Assembly (NCBI GenBank): GCA_026026165.1
Contig: JAPEUD010000001.1
Coordinates: 558,001-622,000 of the forward strand
Origin: Sarea resinae
Lineage: Eukaryota
Length of the DNA stretch: 64,000 nt
Reading direction: 5' to 3'
The stretch's first letter is position 1. Every line of letters begins with the position of its first letter. Positions 1-14,149 of the stretch are shown here, piece after piece. The translations under genes and the position numbers were made by a program. The notes under the pieces are model-generated. The model saw only the letters and a program-made list of their open reading frames with translations, made no database searches and was not told the DNA's origin.

Positions 1-1399
1 GAGGGGTCGAGGGGTCGAGGGTCGAAGATGTCTCGAGGAAGAAACAATCAATGGGAGACTGGACCAGGCAATTGGAAGCGTGACTGCCCTACCCGATGGA
101 CCTGGGCTACACGACCTCGTCTACGTCTACGGCAGTACTGAAGTACGACGACCGGAATCCGAATTCGATGACCGCTCATTGGGCCAGCGACGTCGACCGA
201 AGAAGTTTTCCCTTCTCGACCGAGTCGCGTGCATGGTGTTCTTGGCCCGCCGTAGCAGCCACAGCCCTCCAGCTGGAGCTTGGCTTGTTCGATATGGAGG
301 TCGGGCAGGTCAATCCAGAATCAGAGCCGTATCAAGGCATTCACCGAGTGAGGAACCCAGTAGGCACGTCGAGTGCGGACAAGAAGATTCTATTGCCATG
401 ATCTATTGATGATGCCCGGCGAAGGGAAGCCTGCCCGCGGCCAACAGGCCAGCCCCGTGATCCGGAGTGCATCTCCACTATCTTGTGCATGTTTTGGGGG
501 GTGGAATCCATGGTCCGAAAGGCATTCATCAGTCACCTTCATCATCATCAGGATTATCATGATCATCATTGTCACCATTATTCCCTACCTATGGGCGACA
601 GGATGGCGGCGAGGCTGAATCAATTGATGTGGTCTGAAGGGGTCCAGCTGTGAAGAGTCAGTCAGTGACTTGCAGCGATTTGAGCCATTTGCTCGCCTAT
701 TTCCGTACGCGAGACGGCCAACTGACTACCTACGGACTGCCTGGCTGGCTGGCTACCTACTACCTACTACCTACTACCTACCGCCATACATCCATACCTA
801 CACATACCATACCTACCTGCCTGCCTTACTGGTGAGCTAACTCCGCTCTCCTCCAATTTCGATGCCGCCATAAACACAACCCTTCTGCTCCACGACGCCT
901 GTCATCACCATTTCCACACAGTTCACCTTGCCCTGAGGGCTCCCCAGGCCATGGCTTGTAAGTCTATCTCAAATTACCACTCTCCGCCTCTTCTACGTGC
1001 GGTGAAATCCGCACCTCTCTCGCTCCGCCGCGTTCTCGAATCGTATCAAAATACCCCCCCCATCATCCCATGCAATTGTCCAGACCCTTTGGATGTCTCT
1101 TGGATTCGTCTCGACTGCGTCTCTTCGTGGTAGGGCTGCTGTGAGAATGGTCGGATTCGACTTGACCCCATGCCATCGCTCTCGAAGCATCGGCCGCGCT
1201 GTCCATCTAATCCATCATCAAGAGCTTCGATTCCATCTCCGCCGACCATTTACTCTTCTTCCCTGCACCCGATAACTGTCGTGTCGACGGATTCTGGGTC
1301 GCATTCACATCTACTGCGTGGACCTCACTCAATCGGCACTGCGATCGTCCCATTGCCAACACTGGCCCTTGCTGACATTGTTCTCTCACAGCGGGCGGC

Positions 1400-4300
1400 A
1401 TGGTTCTCTCCTCTACCTCGAACCCGAATCCCTCCCTCCCTCTCTCCAATGGCCATCGATCGCCTCTAGCAGATAATGTCTTCACCGCCGATGAATTATC
1501 AGCAGAGAGTGAGAGCGATCTATCTGACGTCAACGGCCCGTCCAACAATGCTCGCGCCCTCCAGTCCGTATCTAGGTCGAGCGAGGACTCCCTCGAGCAA
1601 GATGACGGCGGAGACATGGATACCTCGGCAGATAACGATGAACAAGGCTCCGAAGATGCAGACTTCGATACGGAAACGCCTCCGCCGGCCGGAGAGCCTA
1701 ACGCCCGCACCTCACGCTCATTGTCGCAAGAATCTCGCAGACCGGCGAAGCGGAAAGCAGGTGTAGAAGACGACGAGTACATTATGAACAATCCAGAACT
1801 GTATGGACTGAGGAGAAGCGTATGTCGGTCCTGCATCACACCACATGTTGCCTACTGACCAATTGTGCCCCAGGGTCGTGCGCGACCAACTCGCCGGATA
1901 GTACGTTCAAGTAGCTGCTCCGCTGTGGAGACACCCATTGACTGTGTTTCTTAGATCGAGTCGAGCTCTGAAGACAATGCTTCGGACTCCGATGGGATCG
2001 GTGGACCCGCGAGGAAGAAACGCAAATCACATCCCCCCAAAAAATGTATTTGCCCTCTCGGCCTGCTCACGACGTTTCTTCCCCCCTGAAACCTGGAGGT
2101 CTGACTCTAATCTCCTTTCTACTCTAGCATCAAAACGCGCAACCCCCACCGTGCAGACGCCATCTGACTCCGAGTCAGACTCCGACGCATATGGCGGATC
2201 TCGCAAACGTGGTGCCAGCAAGAAACAACGCCGTCATCATCTAAAATCTGCTGCCGGACTCGTACCTGCCCACGGCGAAGTGCGATTCTCGACGCGTCGA
2301 GCGGCAAAGATTTCAAGCTACAACGAGGATGATGACGATGATGAACTCTTCAGTCAGGACGAGTCAGAGATGCTCACTCCAAATCATTGGCCCGCTGGGG
2401 TAGATGAGAGTGTCCCGGCCATCGATGCCGTCTTGAATCACCGGCGCAAGGAGGATGACGGCGGTAAGTCAAATAAGCTATTATCTCTTGCTCGTCTAAC
2501 TGATTGGAACTGGCAGACTCCGGGAGCCGGACACCGAATCGCGATGATTTCGAGTTTTTCGTAAGTCCTGACCGAGATCAAGCTTCCCTTTGATCATGAC
2601 TAACATGCTCTGTCCCTCAGATCAAATGGCAGGGCAAAGCACATTACCACTCTACCTGGGAGACAAGTGCTAAACTTGCGTCTTGCCGTGGAATCCGGCG
2701 ACTTGACAACTATGTGCGAAAAGTCGTCGAGGAAGACATACACATGGGGCTGGATCCTGACATCCCACCAGAAGAGAAGGAGAAGTGGAACCTCGACAGA
2801 GAACGAGATGCGGATGCCATCAGTGACTACATGAAGGTTGAGCGGGTCATTGGGACACGAGAAGAAGCTGGGGAGACAGAATACTTCATCAAGTGTATGT
2901 GATGCCGCCGTGGTGGTTATCGATAGACAGACTGCTCTCTAACAAGCGCATAGGGAAGGGTTTATTTTACGATTCGTGCACTTGGGAGAGTGCGTCTCTC
3001 ATCAGCGAAATTGCGCAGGCCGAGATCGACCGTTTCCTGGACCGAACCTCTTATCTCCCGACGTCAAATAAGAGTGAATCAAATGAGAAGACAAGACGGC
3101 CCTTCAAGCAATTCACCGAGCAGCCGCCGTACATCAAGCACGGGGAGCTCAGAGAATTCCAAATCAACGGCTTGAATCGGTTGGCGGCTCGCTGGACGAG
3201 GGGTAAGAATGTCATCCTCGCCGATGAAATGGGTCTTGGAAAGACTGTGCAAACGGTCTCATTCATCAATTGGTTAAGACATGATAGGCAGCAAGAAGGG
3301 CCGTTCATTGTTGTCGTGCCACTATCCACCATGCCTTCCTGGGCTGAAACCTTTGATCTTTGGACTCCCGACATCAACTATGTCGTCTACAACGGCAACG
3401 AAGCTGCTCGAAAAGTCATTCGAGAGTATGAACTTCTCGTGGATGGTAATCCCAGACGTCCCAAGTTCAACGTGCTGCTCACGACGTACGAATACATCCT
3501 TGTGGATGCCGCTTTTCTTTCACAGATCAAGTGGCAATTTATGGCTGTGGACGAAGCCCATCGTCTCAAGAATCGAGAGTCGCAACTCTATTCCAAGCTT
3601 CTAGAATTCAAGGCTCCAAGTCGACTCTTGATCACAGGCACCCCAATGCAAAATACGCTTGGAGAGCTGTCCGCTTTGATGGACTTCCTTATGCCAGGTA
3701 CCGTCACCATCGAAGATAACATGGACCTGCAGTCCGACGCGGCCGGGCAGAAGATTGCAGAACTCACTGAAGCGATTAAACCGTACATCATTCGCCGAAC
3801 AAAGAATATGGTTGAGACTGACTTACCGCCCAAGAGTGAAAAGATCATCAGAGTCGAGCTCTCGGATGTGCAATTGGAGTATTACAAGAACATCCTAACC
3901 CGCAACTATGAGGCTCTCAACCAAGGTGCGAAAGGGCCGAAACAGTCTCTGCTGAATATTGTCATGGAGTTGAAAAAGGCTAGCAACCATCCTTTCATGT
4001 TCCCTAATGCCGAAGAGCGAATTCTCGCTGGCAGCCAGAGACGGGAAGACCTCTTGAAGGCCTTGATCACCAGCAGTGGGAAGATGATGCTTCTCGATCA
4101 GCTCCTAACAAAGTTGAAGAAGGATAACCATCGCGTTCTGATCTTCAGTCAGATGGTCACCATGCTTGATATCCTTGGAGAATACCTCCATCTACGTGGT
4201 CATCAATTTCAACGGCTTGATGGGACAATACCGGCTGGACCCCGCCGTATGGCCATCGACCACTTCAACGCTCCTGATAGCAATGACTTTTGCTTCCTAC

Positions 4301-6450
4301 TTTCGACCCGTGCTGGTGGCCTGGGAATCAATCTTATGACCGCGGACACTGTCATTCTCTTCGATTCCGATTGGAATCCTCAGGCCGACCTTCAGGCAAT
4401 GGCTCGAGCGCATCGAATTGGGCAGAAGAAACCCGTCAGTATCTATCGCCTAGTATCAAAGGAAACTATAGAGGAAGAGGTCCTTGAACGGGCTCGAAAC
4501 AAGTTGATGTTGGAATTTATCACCATACAGCGAGGTGTCACCGACAAAGGGGTCAAGGAGCTCTCCGATAAACTGGCTCGGTCAGGGCGGGGGCTAGCGG
4601 AGCCAACGTCTTCTGATGACATCTCCCGTATACTGAAACGCCGCGGTCAGAAGATGTTCGAGCAGTCCGACAACCAGAAGAAGCTCGAGGAGCTGGATAT
4701 TGATTCTGTGCTCGAGAATGCCGAGGAACATAATACGGAAGGTCCCAATGGCATCGAGACTGATGGCGATGACGAATTCTTGAAGAGTTTTGATTACTTG
4801 GATGTGAAGGTCGATCTCAACTGGGAGGACATCATCCCTAAGGACCAACTTGAGCTGGTAAAAGCCGAAGAGAAGAAGAAGGCCGACGAGAAGTATCTTG
4901 CCTCTGTGATTGAGCAGAATGCTCCGCGGAAGAGGAAAGAGCATCCGGGTGATGAACGCGAACAGAGAGCAGCAAAGAAGAGAGCTCGCGATCTCGCTGC
5001 TGCAGAAGCTGCACGGGATCAAGAAGAGGAAGAAAAAGATCTGGATCCCAGCAGGCCTCTGGAAGAAAAGGAGCTTCGGAATCTGATTCGAGCATTTCTA
5101 CGATATGGAGCAATAGAAGATCGTGGCGAAGAGCTCATAGAGGATGCCAAGCTCGTTTCCAGGGATCGCGATCTACTCAAGCAAACTCTCGAGGACATTA
5201 CAGCTACTAGTCAAAAGCTTCTGAACGACCAACGAGAGGAAATCGAGCGTCTGGAGCGCGAATCTAACAAGGTCTTGACGAAGAAAGACAAGAAGGCGGT
5301 CCTGTTTGATTATAAGGGAGTAAAGCGCCTCAACGCCGAAACAATCATCGAACGCCCGGCCGAGATGCGAATGCTCAAAGACGCTGTTGCAGCAGTTTCG
5401 GATCCGAAGAATTTCCGCGTCGCCGAGGCATCCAAAGCTGCACACTATTCCTGCTCTTGGGGTGCAAGAGAAGATGGCATGCTCTGTGTTGGTATCGTTA
5501 GGCATGGATATGGCGCCTGGGTACCTATTCGCGATGACCCCGATCTTGGAATGGCCGACAAGTTCTTTCTCGAGGAGCACCGGGTGGACAAGAAAGAAGA
5601 ACGCGGCAAAGGCGAGGAGAAAAACGCTAAATCTCCAGGCGCAGTGCACCTAGTTCGTCGAGCAGACTATCTCATCAGCGTGCTCAAAGAGAAGCTGAGC
5701 AACGGTACCAACGCGGCCGCTAAACGAGCCGTGGAAAACCACCATCGCAACAATAAACGCAATTCCCTGCAGAATCGACGACTGGAGAAGTCTGGGAGCG
5801 TTTCCGCAAGTCCAGCACCGAGCTCGGTTCGCCGAGGGCACCGCGATGGGGACAGACATAGGCATCGTGGGCACAGCCACAGCGAGCATCGAGACAGTAT
5901 CGAACGTCGGGCCTCACACAGCGAGCAGAACGGCCATAATATCAAATCAGAACATCGTCGCAGACATGCCGAGGGCGATGATGATCGACATAGGCACAGA
6001 AAGCCAGAAGATCGGGCGAATAGACACCCAAGCGCCCATAATGGAAACGAAGAAGTTCATACTGAAGACCAGATCTTGAGAGAGCTGTTCAGGCCTATAC
6101 GAGTATCTCTGAAGAAAGTACAGGGTGCCTCGAAAAAGCTCATGAAGGACAAGACCGAGAGGGCCCTCATTCTCCGCGACGAGCTGTTGAAGATTGGAAA
6201 GTTTGTCAAGAAAGCCGCCAACTCACCGCAGAATAAGGCTCCTACCATTAAGGAAGACCAATTTTGGTAAGTCCCCCCTGTGATAGTGATGGAGGAATAG
6301 ATTTCGTTCTAACAGTACACCAGGGATTATGTCTTGAAGTATTGGCCCAACCCTGGAACCCTAAGTAGCCAAATTCAGTCCATGTATACGAAACTTGCTG
6401 CCGCCGAGGCGGAGAAGGCACGGAGTCAACAGGGGTCATCGGCCACATAA
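1400..6450 (+). CDS. CHD1: Chromodomain helicase DNA-binding chromatin remodeler (Chd1/Hrp3 family)
   Basis: 8 exons (approx. 1400-1819, 1874-1900, 1955-2045, 2128-2463, 2517-2560, 2621-2894, 2954-6266, 6324-6450), all GT-AG and in frame. Two chromodomains (IKWQGKAHYH..W; IKWKGLFYDSCTWE), SNF2 ATPase motifs ILADEMGLGKT, DEAH, LLSTRAGGLGINL, QAMARAHRIGQ, and a SANT/SLIDE-like region. Confidence 0.96.
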
Positions 6451-7742
6451 GCATGCCCGAGAAATTACGATAGAAATGCAAGCACAGCACAGAGTCTCTA
6501 CGATATTTGAGGCGCCGTCGGAACATTTATATGGCTGTCAGGAACAGTATCGTGGTTTCAGCAGCTGCATGCGATTCCCGGAGCAGGCAGTCCTTGGGTG
6601 TTACGCGTGTCGATATACTCAGTAGCCGAGATATTCTGAAAGATGCAGCAGTACCCAGCTGACGGCTGTAGAAAAAAATTCATACCGACAGGAAAAGAGG
6701 AAAGATTGATGAAAAGCCATCTCATCAATGGCGTGCATAGCAGAGTTTCCCTACCTACCTTAGTCTTGTTCTTTTAGCACCATATCATGGCGTCTTGTTT
6801 TGGTTCGGACTGTTCCGGGGTCATTCATTGTCGTGGGCATCGGCGGCGGCGGGGGGGTGGGGGGGTGGCTGTCTCTTCTAGAAGAAGACCGTGACGATAA
6901 GCAACGAAAACATAATCTGATTTTCTACCGCTGAGGCAGAGAGGGGCGGCGGCGGGGCGGCGGGGCGGCGGCACCTGGCAGCATTCGTGAGGCTTCTTCT
7001 CATCAGTACATTTTCCAAATCTCACTTTCAGTCCGTCACGCATTCCCTCCCCCCAACATTGGCATCTCGAGAGCTGTCCCTTTCCACCTTCTTGGTGAAG
7101 TTTCCCGAACCAATTCTCTGTATCATAAGTAGCCGGCGAGAAAAAAGATGAGAAATGAAATGGAATGGGTGAGATGAGATGAGATGATACGTCTTCATTC
7201 ATTGGGACCGGGCAATGGCAATGGCAATGGCAATGGCAAACAAAGTGACTGTTTCGTTTCCAACGACTCTTGATCCCTCTCGCCCACCCTCCCCTCCCTT
7301 TCCCTTTCCCTCCTTCCATCCATGGACCTTCTCCGTCACATCACAAGGTAGAGTAAGGTAACGTTGCCGACGTTGTCTTTCTACCTTACTTACCTACCAT
7401 ACCTTACCTTACCTTGCATTACTTGATCACGGATCCGTTTTCTCTCTCTCTGTCGTTGGCTTGGTGATCTCGGTCGTCTTATGTATATGCATATATGCAT
7501 GGATGCAGGTGGCTTCTTCGCTTTCGCTTTCGTTTCTGGGTGGATGGGTGGGCCATGGCCACGCATCATTGCCTTCTTGAAAAGTCTTGTGATTTGGCCG
7601 TGGTAAATACTGAGGTAATACTATCATTTTCACGATTACTATCATCATCATCATCATCACCATCACTCTTCGTCCCTTTTTTTCCGCATGCTCCTCTTCG
7701 ATGCCCTCTTTCCCCCCTTCTTCCAGCACCTCTTAAAGCACC

Positions 7743-10700
7743 TCATCTCCTTCCCCCCTCCTCCCCTTCATCCTCATCCTCAGCGTAATCATCATCCTCA
7801 AACAAACTATCCTCGAACCCGACCTCGCCACACACGACCTTGGTCCAGCGCTGCAGCTGCTCCAGCTGCGCCACAATGTCCGTCAGCGCCGACGAATACG
7901 CATAACGGTAGACATCTGCCCATTTCCTCTCTCCGTTGCTCTTCTTGTCCACGCCATCATCATCATCGTCATTGTCGCCGTCATTGTCGCCATCAACGTT
8001 GCCGTTGTGGTTGTCGTCATTCCCATTCCCGTTCCCATTCCCATTCTCATTTCCATTCGTATTCACATCCTCAAAGCTCGCCTCGACCTCGGCCATCCGA
8101 TCCAGCAGCCGCCGCCGCCCGACGGCCGCAGACGGCAGATAGCGCGGCACCTGCCGGCCGCCCCGCAGCGCGCCCGCGAGGATATACAGGCCCATGAGGA
8201 TGGGCGCCACGGCGTCCCGGCGGACCGAGAGGAGGGACTGGATGGTGGTGTTGGTGGGCCGCGCCCTCGTGCCGGCCTTGCTGTCGCTTTCCCTTCCTCC
8301 TCCTGCTCCTCCTCTTCCTGCCGGTCTTTTCTCGGTGGATGGAGATGAAGGTGAAGACGGGGATCCAGGAACGCTTGTGTTCGTATTGGTACGTCCGGGG
8401 AGCATGTACGGGTGGAAGTAGAGCGAGGATTGCCGGACGGCGATTAGGAGACTGAAAAATCGCTCCGATGTGTTGATGAGGTGGCTGTAGGGCGTTGGGT
8501 CAAAGGGGCCGCGGAGACGCTGTTTTTGGCGGCGGCGGCGTGGTTAGTCATGTCTTTTGTTGGGCGGGGAAAAGAAAGGAGAACGAGAGTCGAGTCGAGA
8601 CGGGAAGATCAAGAAAGGACCGAATGAAAAGAAAAAGAAAAGAGCACGCAAAACATACAATCTCATGTCTGGTCAACTCCATCAACTGTCGGATCCGGAC
8701 GAAGCCCTCGCGCAGTCTCCCCTCCAGCATCTCGGACCGCTCGATGTCCACCCGGCCGGGCTCCTGCCCCACCTCGAAGTAGATGTACCGCGCCACCATG
8801 CCGCGATACAGGATTGAGAGATGCAGCATCATTGTCGACAGGCTCTTGCGCAGCTCGTGCCGTGCCACAAACGGCCAGAGCACCCAGTTGACGATGCCGG
8901 CCGCGACGACGCCGACCATGAGCGCGACGCCGCGGGTCCAGGCCATCTTCGCGACCGAGGCGGCGCTGCTGGCGTCAATGTCATGTGGGTGCGAGTGCGG
9001 GTGTGAGTGCGCTGTATAGGCCGAGAGAGAGACGATGGTGTAGGCGATGCAGCCGACGATGCCGGACCGCGGATGCGTGGATTGCGTGAAGCGGTACAGC
9101 ATTGGGAGCATGAAGATAGCGGCGAAGACGCCGAGGACGTAGGGACTGCCGTTTCCGGCGCGGTATGCAAGACCGCCCCAGAGGGCACCGAGCACGGCGC
9201 AGAGAGCACGCGTGACAAGATCTTGGAAGTTCCCGCCGACCTAGTGGTGGTTAAAGGATCCGCGTCAGCCTTGAATCACAAAGTTCGAGAGAGGAACACA
9301 CTCTTGGGTGCATCATCATCCATGCCATCGCCACGGCCCACCAGCTGTCATTTTCGTTCCACCAGCCCCTGCTCTGATGCAGCCAGGCAGGGATGGCCAA
9401 TAGCGTAGTGAGAATGCCAGCCTTGAACGCGAACCGTGACTCGAAACCCTGCAGCCGATGCAATACCATCCAGATCCTATATCTCAGTCGCGTCGTCTCG
9501 GGCACAGACTGGTTCTTATCCATGGCGACTTCCTTCTCCTCCTGGTATTTTCCGATCCTCTGACTCTCTAATTCGTCTGCCCCCTTGCTATTACTGCTAC
9601 TGCTGGGAACGTTGGGTCTAGGCGTCGGCTTGTAGGCAGTACTTTGCAGATCACGCATCGTCTTCTCGAGCTGCCGCTTGCTTCGGAAGTAGAAACCTGC
9701 CGTCAGCCCGCCGCGATCATGACGCACCTGGGCATTGGTTCGCAGAAGTGACTTGTTGAATGGATAGGACGGCATGAACACTCGCCATCCCTGGCGCTTC
9801 TCCTGCATTTCCAATACCTTGACGAGGAACGCCTCGATCTTGTTGGCGCTCTCACGGACCGGATGGGCGAATAGGAAGAGCTCGACGACTTCTGGATGAT
9901 TGGTGTAAGTCCGAGGTAGCTTGGGATGATCGATCAGCGACGCATCCGCATCGTCAAACGCCGTCGTTGATCTCCTCAGCAAGCTCAGCAGCTCTGGAAG
10001 AGAGTGGCCGTGGACAGTCGATGCGCCAGCTTGCTTTCGATATCCGGCAATCTCCAGAAGAGCGGCATCCCCTTCCTCGACCGACTGACACATGGCATCG
10101 ATGAGAGTTCGGGTCCGTGGAGCCAACACACTCCTGACCAGGGATAGCGATGCCGTAGTTGAAGAGAGCCTGTGAATACCGAGGCCGTCCGACTCTGGGC
10201 CACTGCCTCTGGTGGCGTCCTCGTACAGTTGGCGATCTGCAGACGTATCTTTGTCAAACAAAGTCGTACTTGCTCTCAGCGATAAAACTGCTCGGATGAC
10301 TCCTTGAATGAGGTTTCGTAATTCTCTAATGTCGTCGGGCCGAAGCCGTGAAACAGTGACATCGATTGTGAAATCTCGAACAGCCTGTGATAAGGCAACA
10401 AAGTCCCAAGATAGAGTCCTCCTGATGCCCGTTCGTTCGGGCCGGGGCAGATCCAAACCACTGCGAACATGGCTAAGACATTTGTGCAGCGCCGTCCTAT
10501 ACCCGGTAGCATTTCGTTAGCAACGGAGTGACACAAGCCGAGGCGACGATGGCGAAAGACAATAATCAGATCAGAGAGGAGAATCTTACGCCATAGCAGG
10601 CGAGCCTGCGTCGGGAAATACCACGAATGCAATAACCAAGCATATGGCTTGTCCAAGAACCCAAGGGACACCATAATCGAAGACCTTCCTCCAGCCTACC

Positions 10701-11692
10701 GATTCCGATGTATTGGCAAGACAAGTATAAACGGCAGCCAGGCCAGCACAAAGGACGGCTTGGTAGAACCGAATGAAAACGCAGCGAATCCATGCCACGA
10801 GAGCAACAAAAACGACAAGAAACGTAGCCAATATACCACCATACCCTTCTCTCGCGATACTCGTAGAGGTTGAAACGTATAGACCGAGAGAGCCCCAGCC
10901 CAGCCCAAGCGCAGTTCCCGAGATGGTGAGTAAGGCCCCATCGAGCTGGGACCCGATTGACCTTCCCGAGTGATTCAGAATGGTCGAGATGGCCAAGATG
11001 TAGTTGTACCGGCCCAGCCAGTCCCTGGACGCCGGGATGAGACATATGATATACGCCACGAAGAAGCCCAAAAAGGACTTCAGCAACTGGATAGCGGGTC
11101 CTCTTGATGTGATATGCCGCGCCAAACCCCGCAGCTGACGCCATTGGTCTGGGAGAAAATGCCGAAGAGACAGCGGATTGCGTTTGCTGGAGCCTGCGGG
11201 ATTCACGTCGGTGAAGCTCCTGAAGAATTTGGGCAGATCGTCCATCATGGGCCGGAGGAAGGTAGCGTCGAAGAAGCCGTCTCGTAGCTCCTCCATGCCG
11301 TAGGTCTCGAGGTCGGCATCTTCCTGCTGCAGCAAGAGATCAAGCTGATCATGGCTGCCGCTGGGACGAGGCGAGAAAGCCGCCACGGAACCAGATCGCC
11401 TGGAGTCCAGAGATATCCTGGATTGGAACGGGTTCCTGCTATATGATCCTAGGTAGATGCTCGACCCGAATGGCTTGGCGCGCGAACTCGAGGGCTCTTC
11501 AACACGAATGTGCTTGTTGTGATCCTCTTTGCTCCTGACCGACATGCGCCGCGATCTGAAGCGCAGGAGCTTCGAGCCCTGATGGCCATGGCCCTCGTCG
11601 TGGGCTGGTCTCCGTTCGGCGGGGGACGTCGGCGGGGTCATCCGTCTGGCGGGGCCATGGTCGCGGGGGGGCTGCTCTTCGGACGGCGACAT
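7743..11692 (-). CDS. ArAE/FUSC-family multi-pass membrane protein (Bre4/YGL140C-like)
   Basis: 4 exons (11692-10590, 10496-9302, 9240-8659, 8519-7743) join ORFs 10586..11692, 9251..10456, 8548..9195 and 7743..8405. Two hydrophobic blocks; motifs QVRHDRGG, SRFAFK, WPFVARHELRK, TRHEIRLRGPF, YAYSSALTDIV. Confidence 0.85.
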
Positions 11693-12064
11693 TCAAGGAC
11701 GTGTATCAACAGCATGGTCCCTCGTTCGCGGTCGTTGGATTGTGGTGATGAAGCTATGCAAGACGTGCAAGATGCATTCCTGCGTCTTCGTAGGATCGAA
11801 TGCTGCAACACTGAACGCTGCAATCCTGCAGATCCAATGCTGCCGCCATTCACCGTGCCGTCAAGCCCAACGGGCGGCGGAACCGTCATCGAGTGCACGG
11901 CCCGGCACCCGCCTTACGCGAAAACATTCCTCCGAGGCCGAGGATAATGTAATGAGTTCAATGGATCATTGCAATTGATCTGGACCGTTCCATTCAGTTT
12001 CCGATTGCGACCAGAAACAAACAACAGATTCTCTCTCTTCTCTCTGGCCCATTGCACCCGCGAC

Positions 12065-13672
12065 ATGGACACTCCGAAGGTGGAGGAAGAGGCCTTGGCT
12101 GCCCGTCTGGCTACCAAGTCGTCCTCGCTCGACAGGCCGCCGCCCGAGATCGTCGACCTCCTCTCGGACGGCAATGATACTGATGATGGCGGCCGCGAAG
12201 AGGGCCAGAAACACGAACACGGGCACGGACACGACGGCGACGCGTCGGTAAATGGGCACGAGTCCGCTGAAGTCTCGGACGAGGGCGCCTGGGAGACGGA
12301 CTCTCTCTACGAGGACGCTTTCGAAGGCATGGGCGACGAACAGCTGGCTCACGGTGGTATGTTAAAGAGATAGCTCCTCACGCGAGACGTCATTCATTAA
12401 AAAACTATAGTCGACGGCTTCTGCACGCTCGAGGAAGCCATGGCCTTTCGGACACAGCTGCGCGAAGTCGGCGAGCACCAGTTCATCGCGAACACCATCG
12501 AGGCCGGCACCGTGAGCGCGAAGAAGCTCTGCACCGCATTCGGCATCCGGCCACCGGCCTTTCTCGACGGCGCGCCGGACAGCGCCTACTACCCCTTTGT
12601 CGGACTGGGCATCTCGCGCGAGCTCTCGAAGCGGGCCAAGCTAGCCGCGTACAACACCGTCGACGACGTCGTCGAGCTGCTCAAAACGAGCCGCAACATC
12701 GTCGTGCTCACGGGCGCCGGCATCTCGACCTCGCTCGGCATTCCCGACTTCCGCTCCAAGGAGACGGGCCTCTACTCGCGCCTCGCCCACCTCGGCCTCT
12801 CCGACCCGCAGGAGGTCTTCGACATCGACATCTTCCGCCAGGACCCGTCCATCTTCTACAGCATCGCCGCCGACATCCTGCCCACCACCAAACGCGTCTC
12901 CCCGACCCACGCCTTCATCGCCCTGCTCCAGCAGAAACAGAAGCTCCTGACCAACTTCACCCAGAACATCGACAACCTCGAGACGCTGGCAGGCGTGTCA
13001 CCGGAAAAATTGATCCAATGCCACGGCTCCTTTGCCACGGCCACATGCGTCAAATGCAGACACCAGGTCCCGGGCTCGGACATCTACGACGACCTCAAAG
13101 CCGGCCGAGTAGCGCGCTGCAAGCAATGCCTGCGACTCCTCCAGGTCGCCCGAGCCGCCACCGCCAATGGAAACGGAAGCGGGAAGAAGAAGAGGAAGCG
13201 AAGCCCCAACGGCGCGCAAGCGGACCGCAAACGCCGCTCGCACGACTGGACGGCCGACGACGACGACGAGCCGGACGACTCGCCCGAGCTGCAAGCCGGC
13301 GTCATGAAGCCCGACATCACCTTCTTCGGCGAAGACCTGCCGTCGTCCTTCCACACGCGGCTGGTCCAGCACGACCGCGACCTGGTCGACCTGGTCCTCG
13401 TCATCGGCACCTCGCTCAAAGTGGCCCCCGTGTCCGAGATCGTCGGGTTCCTACCGCCCACCGTGCCGCAGGTGTACATCTCGCGCACGCCCGTCTCGCA
13501 CGTCAATTTCGACGTCGACATGCTGGGCGATTGCGACGTCGTCGTGGCCGAGCTCTGTCGCCGCGCCGGCTGGCCCCTCGAACACGAGATGGTGAAGTCA
13601 GAGCAGAAGGCCGTCGTCGAGCGCATCGAAGGCTTTCAGAGTCGGTGGGCTTTCAAGCTTGCTGACGACTAG
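12065..13672 (+). CDS. SIR2: NAD-dependent histone deacetylase, Sir2/Hst1 class
   Basis: 2 exons (12065-12356, 12411-13672). Sirtuin motifs [29 protein letters not shown], CxxC..Cxx[20 protein letters not shown]. Confidence 0.95.
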
Positions 13673-13698
13673 CTGCTGCTGCTGCTGCTGCTGCTGCT
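13673..13698 (+). repeat. (CTG)n microsatellite directly after the sirtuin stop codon
   Basis: About 8 CTG units read directly from the sequence. Confidence 0.9.
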
Positions 13699-14149
13699 CT
13701 TTGCAGACAGGAGGAGCTTCGTGAGCATCTGTTTATTCGCATCTACACAACACAACGGCGCGCGTTAGGGAGCAAATGACTGGGATGGCATGATATCGGG
13801 TTCTCTATTTCATTCAGGGTCTTTCTATTCGGAGCATCTCATTTCACACGCTAGAGGCGTCGGCGTCGGCGCTATGTCTTTCCCTTCATCAGCTTTTTAG
13901 CATGGCTACGTTTTCTACGTTCAATCTCATCTTCACAGCGGCATCAATTCTTATGAGGTACCTATCAATAGACTCAGGTAGCGCTATGGCAGCTATTGCG
14001 CTACCACATCTCACTTCGGGCACAGACTGCGATGACTCAGAATGGGCTTATTGATTCTACCCGAGAATGATGTCTGAAATTGCTCTGTAGTCGCTGGAAC
14101 TTTTGCGAATCGATATTGAATCGAATCTAACAAGCACATAGCACTTCCC

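Noticed and set aside
80..618. Several 60-110 aa ORFs at the left edge
   Set aside because: No recognisable motifs or convincing splice structure.
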